Below, piece by piece: positions 40,894 to 51,258 of a stretch of DNA of 64,000 bases; within the stretch, counting starts at the first letter, position 1; every line of letters starts with the position of its first letter. Source of the stretch: Bdellovibrionales bacterium. GTDB taxonomy: Bacteria; Bdellovibrionota; Bdellovibrionia; Bdellovibrionales; JAUICD01. The translations under genes were made by a program, and so were the position numbers. Under the pieces are notes generated by a model that was not told where the DNA came from, searched no databases, and worked only from the letters and a program-made list of their open reading frames with translations. The stretch spans positions 1,088,001 through 1,152,000 of the forward strand of contig OZ253553.1 of the NCBI GenBank assembly GCA_965262715.1. Direction: 5' to 3'.

Positions 40894-42807
40894 TTAATTA
40901 TTGTAAAGGCCTAAGACAGACATGCCTGCCTTTGCTTTCTTTAATCTTTCAATAGCTAAACTATCGTTTAAAATTCTTGGCCTTAGTGGGGCCGGTTTTA
41001 GTATCTTTCTTAATTCAAGCTCTCGAATAATATCAATATGTGAAATGGAAAACTTACCTAGGAAGAAAGGCTCAAAATCATTACCTTCTTTTAAGTAATC
41101 CAATAAATTTATCAATCCTTTTAAGTATACCATGTCTTTTGTAAGACCACCACCTCTAAACACTCGGAAAGTTATATTAAACGCCGCAGTTCCAGATAAA
41201 TTATATTCTTCAGTCAGTTGACTATATATCTCGGAAAAAGATTTACCTTGAGTCATTTGAAAAACTGCGACAACTCGGGCAGCAAGCAATCGAAGTCGCG
41301 AGCCAGATAACTGACCACATAAGTATTCTGAAAAAACTGCAAGTGCCTCTTGGGTTTCGTCATACCCAGGCAAACCTATATACATCTGCTGAAAAGGTTG
41401 GGCTTTTCCATTGTAATAAGTTAATGCATGAGTGCCAATTTCATGATGTATGACTGCTTGAGTTCTTGATTTTTCAATTTCTAAATTTTCATTAATTAAA
41501 AGATTTCCACAAGAAACCATGACTCCAGAAATGTCTTTACGAAGAAAGACTTTAGTGCCAAATTCAGGGTATAGTTTTTTATAATAATCGATTTCCTTTT
41601 GCGCTAACAGTGCAAATTCACGGGCACTAATTCTTTTTGATTTGGCACCCTGCTTAGGTTTAGAGATACTAGCTAAAATTTTCTTTGCGGTTTTCAACAA
41701 CGAAGATTCAATTGAGCCATAGAGCTGAAAACTCTCATGCATAAAGTGCTTTAAGTTGCGATCAGATAACATAGTCAACATACATTCAAGATACAATTGC
41801 TGTTTTCGAAACAAATGAGAAAGACTCGGGTCTTCAATTTTTTCAATAGGTACTTTATATAATTGTCTTTTTATTAAGATTGGATCAATCGGCATAGGAC
41901 GATACAAAAAATCTGGTCTTCGTTGAAACTTGCTCCTTTTAAATTCTCCCCATGCTTCGTCAATATTGACCGGTGTCGCCAAAAGTAAGAAGTCAAATGA
42001 ATTGCCAATTTCCGCTAGCTGCCTGTCAACCTCCCATACAGCCTTAACCATTCTTCGACGGCCCAGTGACTGAAAGTGCTTTGGCCTAAGATTGGTATTG
42101 TTTTTAGTAAACTCAAAAACCGCTTTTCGTAATGACTTTGAAAAACCTCTTTCTATTTTTTTGTGTATCAGAGGAAATGTCTCACCAGTCACTCTATTCA
42201 GGTAAACAGGAGAAACTTCAATGCCAATTGAGTTCCATCCCATACTTTTAAGCTCTTTTGGTGAAAACAACCCGACGTAATTTCCTTTTAAAGATTCATT
42301 TCTGCTAAGCACGTTAATTTGAGAAAAATTGTCTTGTACTTTAATTTTAGATAGTTCAGTTTCAAAAACTTCAATGGCAGAACTCACGCCTTCTGTTGGC
42401 CGATAAATATCAAATTTTGGTTCTTTTTCATTGGAATTTAACACTTCATTAGAAGACCAGACTTCAATAAGAAGAAAGCCACCAAATTCCTCACAAAGAG
42501 TGGAGCCTACTGCTTTAAGTAAAGATTTATGATCTTTTGAAAAGTTAGAAGGAAGCTTTGTATATGATGCTTCACTAGTAACTAGAAAATCAGTGCCCCA
42601 ATCAAACACCTCTTTAACTTGGCGATACAGCACAAGGAAGGGCAATTGTCTATCGATGTGTATCCGGCCCCACTCCGAAAAATTACGGCGAATTGGCTTG
42701 CCTTGTTTTAATCGAAACGTGATATCACTAATCGTTTCTTTAGAGATATCCTTGATTTTAAAATCTCTTTTTTTAGGTGTCATCGCTTCACCAATCATTG
42801 AATCCAA
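40894..42807 (-). CDS. DUF1704 / QEGLA-motif metallopeptidase (MATCAP-like)
   Basis: HEIGTH zinc motif, TQEALA and RVFRGGGLTKDMVYLKG; N-terminal extension with HIDRQLPFL. Confidence 0.85.
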   Translation of the reverse strand: MDSMIGEAMTPKKRDFKIKDISKETISDITFRLKQGKPIRRNFSEWGRIHIDRQLPFLVLYRQVKEVFDWGTDFLVTSEASYTKLPSNFSKDHKSLLKAVGSTLCEEFGGFLLIEVWSSNEVLNSNEKEPKFDIYRPTEGVSSAIEVFETELSKIKVQDNFSQINVLSRNESLKGNYVGLFSPKELKSMGWNSIGIEVSPVYLNRVTGETFPLIHKKIERGFSKSLRKAVFEFTKNNTNLRPKHFQSLGRRRMVKAVWEVDRQLAEIGNSFDFLLLATPVNIDEAWGEFKRSKFQRRPDFLYRPMPIDPILIKRQLYKVPIEKIEDPSLSHLFRKQQLYLECMLTMLSDRNLKHFMHESFQLYGSIESSLLKTAKKILASISKPKQGAKSKRISAREFALLAQKEIDYYKKLYPEFGTKVFLRKDISGVMVSCGNLLINENLEIEKSRTQAVIHHEIGTHALTYYNGKAQPFQQMYIGLPGYDETQEALAVFSEYLCGQLSGSRLRLLAARVVAVFQMTQGKSFSEIYSQLTEEYNLSGTAAFNITFRVFRGGGLTKDMVYLKGLINLLDYLKEGNDFEPFFLGKFSISHIDIIRELELRKILKPAPLRPRILNDSLAIERLKKAKAGMSVLGLYNN

Positions 42808-43010
42808 GTTCTTAGTTGTACCTTTATTTATAAACCCAAGCTATCAAAGCAAGAGATGAAAGTATACTATTTACTATTTCAAATAGTCACTAATAACAAC
42901 TTTGTTCCACAAAGACTTAAGATAAAGAGGTTTGGCTAAGTATTTTTTTATATTTTCAACATTTGAGATATTCAATGTCAAACAAATGAAACTTGTATTA
43001 AGGTTTATAA

Positions 43011-43661
43011 CTAGGGGCTGTTGCCATTTCGTAGAGGTATAAAAATACAAGCTAAAGCTAACATGCCCATATAATTTCTTTTAAGTTTGTCATATCTTGT
43101 AGCAATAGAACGGAAATGTTTAAGTCTTGCAAATGCATTTTCTACAAGATGACAATGTTTATAAAGAGACCAATCCATCTCTTGATTATTTTTATTTAAT
43201 GAATTTTTTCTTTTAGGAATTATTGAAATGGTATCCTGCTTTCTTATCTACTCTTTTAAACTATCACTGTTATAACCCTTATCTGCAATAAGATTGAAGA
43301 GCCGGTAACTTCTTTATAAAGTTTGGAGCAATCTTACAATCATGACACTCTCCTCCTGTAACTTCAAAATGTATTGGCCAACCAAAAGAATCAACAGCTA
43401 AATGGATTTTTGAGGTATTTCCTTCTCGAGATTTACCTATACCTACTTCTTCTCTGCAAGCCGTACCTCTACTGTATTGAGGAGCCTTGATAAGACTACT
43501 ATCAATAAACAGCCATCCCATATCAGGCTGTTCAATGATAGAATAAAAAAGTTTAATAATTTCTTTAAATTTCGCCTCTGAAACTCTTGAACAGGTAAAA
43601 TACCTTTTTTTCATAGTCATAACAATAAGTTAATAAAAGTTAACTTAAAATGTCATGAGCC
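43011..43661 (-). pseudogene. Chimeric IS remnant: IS1595 left end and N-terminus fused to a frameshifted IS5 (IS427-like) transposase C-terminus
   Basis: KRYFTCSRVSEAKFKEIIKLF (IS1595-like), then WLFIDSS..KIHLAVDSFG..HD and, after a frameshift, ADKGY; ends GGCTCATGAC.. and CTAG-GGGCTGTTGC. Confidence 0.7.
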
Positions 43662-43985
43662 TAAAAATAAATAAGCCTTTTAAAAAGACTTTAAAACAGG
43701 TATTTATAGGCTTTTACTTCAAAATAGGCAAAAAGATGTACTTTGAAGAGATAATAACGAAAGGAGCTATTCTAAGTTAATATAATAGTTATGAAGTAAC
43801 ACTTAAATGAAGTTTATAAATAAATTTTTATTATTTACACAATTTACACAATGAATGATAGATAACTTTTTATTTTAGTTGATAAAAGTCAATTTAATTA
43901 GTAGTATCATAAGATTCATTTGTTTACAAAGTAGAACGAGATAAAAACACACAGGTACTGTACACATGACGAGGAAACGTTAATA

Positions 43986-45329
43986 ATGAAATGCTTATTG
44001 CTATCATCTCTCTTTTTATCTAGCTTTTTTATTCAAGCAACCTTGACTTATGCCAAAATAACTGAAGTGAATCCTGCTGAAACAAACTTTAATCCTCAGA
44101 CAAATTTATGTGTTTCAGCATGGTTACAATCAGCAACTGTAGATGATATAAATGATGAGTTTAACAAAAATACTATTGACCTCACACTACCTTGTGACAA
44201 TTTAACTAAAAATACACCTTTGCACTTAGCAATTATGGCAGGTGCAAACCTAGAGAAGATCACCACACTCATTGAAAATGGAGCTAATGTTCTTTTAAAA
44301 AATACTGCTGGTGAAAACGCCACTTACCTTGCAGGCTTATATGCTCCTAAAGATGTTTATCAATATATATTAACTACAGAAAATCAGACAGCAGAATTTC
44401 AAACAACCCCTTCAAGTTTAGAAATAGACCACCTTGTCGAAGAACAAATCAATTATTGGCTGAATCAAGAGCGTGCAACGTTAAGTGATTATGCTGCTAA
44501 TGCCTCTGATTATCATAGAACTTATCAAGACCCATCGCATAGAAATGTTCCTGTAGGTTTTTATGTGTCTTTTGATGTAGGTACTGTATTTAAATCAATT
44601 CTTACACAAAACTACATTTCAACAAACTGTGATCAGCCTTCAGAGGGTTCATCTCAAATGCCTTTAAATCATATGAATTGTACAAGTTATACAAATGATC
44701 AAAAGAGTCATGCTTTTACAACACAGAACGGTTCAACAGCTGGTGTAACATTTGGTTATGCTTGGGGAATAGTCGAGGGTACTCCATTTCGCTTACGTAT
44801 CGAAGGTGAATATGCACGTCATCAAATAGACAGGAATACTGATGTACTTCTTACTGATCCTGATTTACAGTTTGTTTCTCAAGTTTTTTCTGGCCTCGAT
44901 ACCAAACAATCTTTTTTGAATCTCTACATAGATCTACCTAAATTATTTGAAAGTGCTGGAGGTGTGTTGAGAAACGCCACTCCTTATTTTGCTGCGGGTA
45001 TAGGTAGTATTGATTTCAGTTTTAAATATAGGCCCAATGAAGAAAATCCATCTACTCAAATGGGGAGTATAGATCTATTAACACCTACTCAATCTCCTGG
45101 AACACAGATTATTGTTGGTACAGATTATTCAATAACAAATAGGATTCTATTGGGAATAAAAGCACGTTACGCAATATTTCATCTAGATATTACAGCATTA
45201 CCAGGTTGGAAGGATATTTTAAGAACACAATATGAATCATCCATGAACTTTACTTCTATCGCAGTAGAAGGGATGAAATTTTCTAATGTTACTCTCCATC
45301 TGAAAATCTATTTAGGTAGACAAAATTAA
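43986..45329 (+). CDS. Ankyrin repeat plus outer-membrane beta-barrel fusion protein
   Basis: Signal peptide; NTPLHLAI..LIENGANV; C-terminal half has amphipathic strands YVSFDVG, RLRIEGEY, FLNLYID, PYFAAGIG, GTDYSIT and LHLKIYL. Confidence 0.7.
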   Translation: MKCLLLSSLFLSSFFIQATLTYAKITEVNPAETNFNPQTNLCVSAWLQSATVDDINDEFNKNTIDLTLPCDNLTKNTPLHLAIMAGANLEKITTLIENGANVLLKNTAGENATYLAGLYAPKDVYQYILTTENQTAEFQTTPSSLEIDHLVEEQINYWLNQERATLSDYAANASDYHRTYQDPSHRNVPVGFYVSFDVGTVFKSILTQNYISTNCDQPSEGSSQMPLNHMNCTSYTNDQKSHAFTTQNGSTAGVTFGYAWGIVEGTPFRLRIEGEYARHQIDRNTDVLLTDPDLQFVSQVFSGLDTKQSFLNLYIDLPKLFESAGGVLRNATPYFAAGIGSIDFSFKYRPNEENPSTQMGSIDLLTPTQSPGTQIIVGTDYSITNRILLGIKARYAIFHLDITALPGWKDILRTQYESSMNFTSIAVEGMKFSNVTLHLKIYLGRQN

Positions 45330-45385
45330 TCATCTTATATAAAAATCCTTAAGTTCTTATTATATTAACCCCTAAACTACCCAGT

Positions 45386-46125
45386 CTCATCTCCTCCTTT
45401 AAAGTTTTCTAATAAAAAAGGAGATAAAAGAAAGTAAGTAAAAAGTTTTTATAAATTACTATGAGAACGATCATGTCCTTCTAATATAGAAGCAATTTGC
45501 TTAAAAACTTCTTGAGATTCAGGTTGTTCTTTATGTTCTAAAATTTGTTTTTCAGCCCAAAATAATGCTGTTTTATCCCAATAGTTTGTAGTGCATGGAT
45601 CAGCTCCTCTTTCTAAAAGTAATCTAACAACATTAATATGCCCATTGAATGTAGCTGTCATAAGCGGAGTCCATGTATTACTACTAGGTAGATCAGCATC
45701 TGCTCCAGCATCTAAAATAATTCTTGTCAACCTCTCATCTCCTCTTTTTACTGCTATATGTAAGGGATGTGATCCAAGAGCTTGAATCATAAGAGCTGAA
45801 TTCACATCAAACCCTTGATTGATAAACTCTTGCACAGTATTGATATTTGCTTCTTCAAAAGCTCCAACAAAATTAATAACAGCTACAGGGAATTCATCAT
45901 TGGCAGTAACATTTATACAAATAAGACTTATAAAAATAGATAATAAAATTCTCATATTGACTCCTTTAAATATCACTTTTTACTTGCAATACTTCTGCCA
46001 AGATTTCAGCTCTATTTTGGCTGTTTTAATCAACTGTTTTAAGAAAAAAGGGTATTAATTTGTCACTTCTGTGACATAAAGTGTCTTATAAGACTCTAAA
46101 AAGTAACTTTATGAAATGAATAATC
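45386..46125. repeat. Copy 1 of a ~740-bp direct duplication
   Basis: Matches 48069-48807 with scattered substitutions. Confidence 0.92.
45449..45955 (-). CDS. Secreted ankyrin-repeat protein, copy 1
   Basis: Signal peptide; HPLHIAV, TPLMTA and KTALFWA; GGAG RBS before ATG 45955. Confidence 0.9.
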   Translation of the reverse strand: MRILLSIFISLICINVTANDEFPVAVINFVGAFEEANINTVQEFINQGFDVNSALMIQALGSHPLHIAVKRGDERLTRIILDAGADADLPSSNTWTPLMTATFNGHINVVRLLLERGADPCTTNYWDKTALFWAEKQILEHKEQPESQEVFKQIASILEGHDRSHSNL

Positions 46126-46126
46126 C

Positions 46127-48072
46127 TGAGTTTGACAGTTAATTTCAATTTTCGTGATATTTTTGATTCAGAATATTTTATTTATAGGCATTAGCGGTTA
46201 GTTGGTTTAAATTTTGTTAAAAATCCTAGTGAAACATAATTTATAATACAGCGAGTTATCCGCTTTATTTTAGTTGATATTTTGTTTTTTTGTTCTAGTA
46301 TATTTTTATGTTTATAAAGAAGACAAAAAACTCCAGAGGACAAACTTACTACCACATATGTGAAAGCTATTGGAAAGATGGTAAAAGTAACCATAGAACA
46401 CTTATGTCTTTGGGGCGGGCCAAGGAGACTCGCTTAGAAGACCTCCTTGATCTTATAAGCCGTCATTTAGATGTTTTATCTGCCAGTCAAATAGCTAAAA
46501 AGATTGATGTGAAAAACACTTTTATTTTAGGCCCATTCCTTATTATAGATGCTATTTTTAAACAATTAAACCTCTATGGATTATTAACAGATTTAAAACA
46601 GAAGCACCGTAAAGTACAATTTGACTTTGTTAAGATTGTTTTTACATTGGTTATAAGTCGTTTTGTAGAGCCTTGTTCTAAGCTTAAAGTATTTTCACAC
46701 TGGCAGAAGTTATTTTATCCTGATTTTTTAAAAAAGGAGCTTCATCTTCAGGACATTTATCGTTCTTTAGATATTCTATCTAAACATAAGGAAGATATAG
46801 AAAAAAGTCTTTATCATAGAGATAAGGCTCAGTTAAGTTTTTTTAATGAATGTGATGTTATTTTGTATGATTTAACGACATTGAGGTTTGAAAGTACTCG
46901 TGAGGATTTAGATAATTTTCGGAGATTTGGTTATAGTAAGAAGAAGAGAAGTGATTGTACCCAGGTGGTATTTGGACTTTTAGTAGATACAGAAGGTATG
47001 CCCTTAGGATTTGATGTTTATCCTGGGAATACATTTGAAGGTAAAACAATACCTTCAGTTATGACGAAGCTAAAGAAGAAGTTAAAGATCAGAAGATTTA
47101 TATTAGTAGGAGATAGAGGTTTATTTTCTAATAAAAACTTAGAGTTATTTAAAGATCGAGGCCATGAATTTATAGTAGGTTTAAAGTTAGGATTACTTAA
47201 AGATCGTCAGGCTGAGATTTATAACCTGAAGAATTTTAAATGGATGAATGAAGATATAGCGATCTATGAGACAGAATATAAGGGTTATCGTTGTATCATA
47301 ACTTGGTCAAGAAAGAGAGCGGAACGAGATAAGAAAGTAAGAGAAGATATTCTATCTAAAATAGAAGTTCAATTATCAAAGAAGTCAATAAGCGTAAGAT
47401 CCTTTTTAACTAATAGTAATTATAAGAAGTATCTTATTCATCCTAAGAGTAAAAGGAAGCCTACTTTAAATAAGTCAGCTATAGATGAGTCAGAAAGGAC
47501 AGACGGTTTTTTTGGAATAATTACAAATACAGATTTAAGCTCTGAAGAGATTATAATGAACTATAAGCAGTTATGGAAGATAGAGAATTCTTTTAGAGAG
47601 TTGAAGAGTACATTAAAGACACGTCCAATGTTTCATTGGACAGATGAAAGGATATTAGGTCATCTTGTATTGTGCTTCATAGCATATTTGTGTGAAGCAT
47701 ATTTGACTAAGAAATTCCACGACCGTGGTATCATGTTAAATCAGTCAGTTCAAGACAAGACAGTCAAGCCAAGGCCTCTAACAGTGTTAGAAGCAATGAA
47801 ACAGTTGAAGGAAGTAAGAGCTGTACCTGTCACAGTCAAAGATAAGACACTTTGGATCAGAACAGACATAACAGGCAATCTAGCAGATGTATTTAAAGCG
47901 ATAGGAGTAAAGATACCACCTAAGCAATTAAAAGTAGAATAATCACAACTTTAAGTCTCATTGAATTTGCTTACAAACCTTGTCACAAAACAAAAACCTA
48001 GTGGCACAAAATCCCTGAACAATCATAACTTATTAAATTTACTTAACTTTGTTTTTGCAACTGTCAAACTCA
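46127..48072 (+). mobile_element. IS1634 family element
   Basis: TIR TGAGTTTGACAGTT / AACTGTCAAACTCA around the transposase. Confidence 0.88.
46308..47942 (+). CDS. IS1634 family transposase
   Basis: YDLTTLRFE, FGYSK, YPGNTFE, VGDRG and YKQLWKIENSFRELK..RPMFHWT. Confidence 0.93.
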   Translation: MFIKKTKNSRGQTYYHICESYWKDGKSNHRTLMSLGRAKETRLEDLLDLISRHLDVLSASQIAKKIDVKNTFILGPFLIIDAIFKQLNLYGLLTDLKQKHRKVQFDFVKIVFTLVISRFVEPCSKLKVFSHWQKLFYPDFLKKELHLQDIYRSLDILSKHKEDIEKSLYHRDKAQLSFFNECDVILYDLTTLRFESTREDLDNFRRFGYSKKKRSDCTQVVFGLLVDTEGMPLGFDVYPGNTFEGKTIPSVMTKLKKKLKIRRFILVGDRGLFSNKNLELFKDRGHEFIVGLKLGLLKDRQAEIYNLKNFKWMNEDIAIYETEYKGYRCIITWSRKRAERDKKVREDILSKIEVQLSKKSISVRSFLTNSNYKKYLIHPKSKRKPTLNKSAIDESERTDGFFGIITNTDLSSEEIIMNYKQLWKIENSFRELKSTLKTRPMFHWTDERILGHLVLCFIAYLCEAYLTKKFHDRGIMLNQSVQDKTVKPRPLTVLEAMKQLKEVRAVPVTVKDKTLWIRTDITGNLADVFKAIGVKIPPKQLKVE

Positions 48073-48807
48073 TCTCCTACTTTAAGATTTTCTAATAAAA
48101 AAGGAGATAAAAGAAAGTAAGTAAAAAGTTTTTATAAATTACTATGAGAACGATCATGCCCTTCTAATATAGAAGCAATTTGCTTAAAAACTTCTTGAGA
48201 TTCAAGTTGTTTTTTATGTTCTAAAATTTGTTTTTCAGCCCAAAATAATGCTGTTTTATCCCAATAGTTTGTAGTGCATGGATCAGCTCCTCTTTCTAAA
48301 AGTAATCTAACAATATTAATATGCCCATTGAATGTAGCTGTCATAAGTGGAGTCCATGTATTACTACTAGGTAGATCAGCATCTGCTCCAGCATCTAAAA
48401 TAATTCTTGTCAACCTCTCATCTCCTCTTTTTACTGCTCTATGTAAGGGATGTGATCCAAGAGCTTGAATCATAAGAGCTGAATTCACACTAAAACCTTG
48501 ATCGATAAGCTTTTGTACAGTATTTATATCTGCTTCTTCAAAAGCTTCAACAAAATTAATAACAGCTACAGGGAATTCTTCATTGGCAGTAATATTTATA
48601 CAAATAAGACTTATAAAAATAGATAATAAAATTCTCATATTGACTCCTTTAAATATCACTTTTTACTTGCAATACTTCTGCCAAGATTTCAGCTTTATTT
48701 TGGCTGTTTTAATCAACTGTTTTAAGAAAAAAGGGTATTAATTTGTCACTTCTGTGACATAAAATGTCTCATAAGACTTTAAAAATAACTTTATGAAATG
48801 AATAATC
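48069..48807. repeat. Copy 2 of the ~740-bp direct duplication
   Basis: Matches 45386-46125. Confidence 0.92.
48132..48638 (-). CDS. Secreted ankyrin-repeat protein, copy 2
   Basis: Differs from copy 1 at 12 residues. Confidence 0.9.
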   Translation of the reverse strand: MRILLSIFISLICINITANEEFPVAVINFVEAFEEADINTVQKLIDQGFSVNSALMIQALGSHPLHRAVKRGDERLTRIILDAGADADLPSSNTWTPLMTATFNGHINIVRLLLERGADPCTTNYWDKTALFWAEKQILEHKKQLESQEVFKQIASILEGHDRSHSNL

Positions 48808-49073
48808 TCACCCCTATTCCTAAATGCTCGGTAACTATTTATTATGAAGTAACACGTAGATATTTAGATGTTATTGAGTTAAGATTTGTTTATAACAATC
48901 TAGATTTATGATACTTTCAGTTGACTTTTAGATGTGTTATCTTGTTATTATTTTTATAAAAAAAGATATTTTGATTTAGAAAATAAAAAATGAATAACTC
49001 TTAACATCCCTTTTGGAACAAGAGTGTAACCTACATGTTCAGAGTGTATTATCTTAAAAATAAGGAATAAAAA

Positions 49074-49769
49074 ATGAAAACAATTGGATTGATTGGAGGA
49101 GTAACCTGGCATTCAACAGTCGAATACTACAAAAAAATAAATGAGAAAGTGGCTGCTCAACTTGGAAAACACCACTCAGCAAAAATTGTTATCAGTAGTG
49201 TCGATTTCGAGGAAATTCTTTCAGCTCAAAATACACAAAATTCTGAAAGAATCATTACAGTTTTAAAAACACACTTAAAAAGTGTTGAATCAGCAGGAGT
49301 AGATTTTTTTGCAATTGCGTCTAACACTCTTCACATGTATTCAGATGAGCTAACTGCAATCACAAAACTACCCATGGTTCATATTATAGATGAAACAGCT
49401 AAAGAGGCAAGACTGAGGGGATTAAAAAAACTATGTCTTCTTGGAACTGGTTTTACAATGAGGCATTCATTTTTTATACAACGAATGGATAGTCATGGCT
49501 TGAAAGTTGTAGTACCAACCGATCAAGAAAAAGATGAAATACATCGAAGTATTTTTGAAGAGCTTACTTATGGTAAATTGAAACCCGAAACAAAGAAAAT
49601 GTATCTCAATGTAATAAGAAATGCACAGAATCAAGGCTGTGATGGAATGATATTAGGGTGCACAGAAATTCCTATGATTCTTTATCCTGAGGATGCAAAT
49701 ATTCCATTATTGGACACGACGGAAATTCATGCAAAAGCGTTAGTCAAAAATGCTCTTTCACCTTTTTAA
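49074..49769 (+). CDS. Aspartate/glutamate racemase family (YgeA/RacX-like)
   Basis: MKTIGLIGG..W.ST..YY, ASNTLH, LLGT.FTM, ILGCTEI and DTT. Confidence 0.92.
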   Translation: MKTIGLIGGVTWHSTVEYYKKINEKVAAQLGKHHSAKIVISSVDFEEILSAQNTQNSERIITVLKTHLKSVESAGVDFFAIASNTLHMYSDELTAITKLPMVHIIDETAKEARLRGLKKLCLLGTGFTMRHSFFIQRMDSHGLKVVVPTDQEKDEIHRSIFEELTYGKLKPETKKMYLNVIRNAQNQGCDGMILGCTEIPMILYPEDANIPLLDTTEIHAKALVKNALSPF

Positions 49770-50040
49770 CTAGAGGTCATCTCAAAATTACTTCTAATGT
49801 CCATGTTTTCAAAACAACCTCTTAACTTAAATACCACACTCAAGAGTTCACAAGACGAGGACTTCATCCTGTATTTAAATAACATGCTAAAATCATCATT
49901 TGTAAAAATCTTAATTTCTTCACAGTAATGATAGAAGACTTTGTAATTTACCTTTGTTATGTAAAACAGTGCTTTAGGATCAGCATCTATACTTATGTAA
50001 TTTGAAAAGTGCTAGACAAATAATATCTATCCTTGCATTA

Positions 50041-50370
50041 TAGTTATAGATAGTTATAGATAGTTATAGATAGTTATAGATAGTTATAGATAGTTATAGA
50101 TAGTTATAGATAGTTATAGATAGTTATAGATAGTTATAGATAGTTATAGATAGTTATAGATAGTTATAGATAGTTATAGATAGTTATAGATAGTTATAGA
50201 TAGTTATAGATAGTTATAGATAGTTATAGATAGTTATAGATAGTTATAGATAGTTATAGATAGTTATAGATAGTTATAGATAGTTATAGATAGTTATAGA
50301 TAGTTATAGATAGTTATAGATAGTTATAGATAGTTATAGATAGTTATAGATAGTTATAGATATTTATAGA
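50041..50370. repeat. 10-bp tandem repeat (TAGTTATAGA) x32 plus one imperfect unit
   Basis: Counted directly. Confidence 0.97.
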
Positions 50371-50400
50371 CTCATTTAGAATAAAAGCCTTGGAGTTTCT

Positions 50401-51258
50401 ATGCGGAAATCAATTCAAATCATCCAGATCATTCAAAACAGTATAAAAGAGACTTTTCCTTTTCTTCGTTTTGCTTTTTTTTGGTTGTTTTTTACTATAA
50501 CTCCTGTCTGGTGCTACTTGTTTCTGTTAGAACTTCCTTTTTCTTCCTTATTATTAAAGCTTGCACTAGCCTATGCCTACATCCTTTTTGTAACCTTTCT
50601 ATGGTTTATTACCATACCCTATTTACTCCATTGCTTTTACAAAAAACAACCACCATCTTCTAACCAGTTTTTTCAACATTTAAAAGCACATATTTTTTCT
50701 ATAATGACTGAAATACTCAAACTCATTGTTCATATTTTTCCCATTTTCCTTTCTGTTTTAGTTATTTTGGGTATTCCAATTATTTTATTTCCTTCTAATA
50801 TTTCTGTTATTTGGATCTCTGTAGGTCTTTTATGTCTCTTCTTAATTATATGGACAACTATACTATGGACACGCTTCTTATTCATTCCTTTAATTGTCGC
50901 TTTCAATGACTCCTATCAAAAAGGACAAATTGACACTCTTGAGTATTCCAAAATTTTGACAAAAGGATATAGAGGCTCTATTTTTATTTGTTTTTCTACA
51001 ATCAATATCTTTTCTAATCTTCTCGCTCTTTTTGCCTCATATATCACTTATATTTTTCTTTCTTTATTTTTTAATGAAGAATCTTTACCTAATATCGTCA
51101 TATATCAAGAAAATAACTCTTTATCCTTTTTTATTTTATTTACAATATTATTCTCCTATTTTCTTACCCCCTTTTTTCATATAGTTTATTATAAATTTTA
51201 TAAGTTTCTAGAAGCCTCACTCCAAGATTTAGACTCTAGAAACTTAATGAAAGAATAA
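50401..51258 (+). CDS. Multi-pass membrane protein, paralog of 37415-38326
   Basis: Hydrophobic segments and shared motifs. Confidence 0.75.
   Translation: MRKSIQIIQIIQNSIKETFPFLRFAFFWLFFTITPVWCYLFLLELPFSSLLLKLALAYAYILFVTFLWFITIPYLLHCFYKKQPPSSNQFFQHLKAHIFSIMTEILKLIVHIFPIFLSVLVILGIPIILFPSNISVIWISVGLLCLFLIIWTTILWTRFLFIPLIVAFNDSYQKGQIDTLEYSKILTKGYRGSIFICFSTINIFSNLLALFASYITYIFLSLFFNEESLPNIVIYQENNSLSFFILFTILFSYFLTPFFHIVYYKFYKFLEASLQDLDSRNLMKE

Noticed and set aside
45449..48638. Diversity-generating retroelement TR/VR pair
   Set aside because: Differences are not confined to adenines of one copy, the whole gene and its flanks are duplicated, and there is no reverse transcriptase
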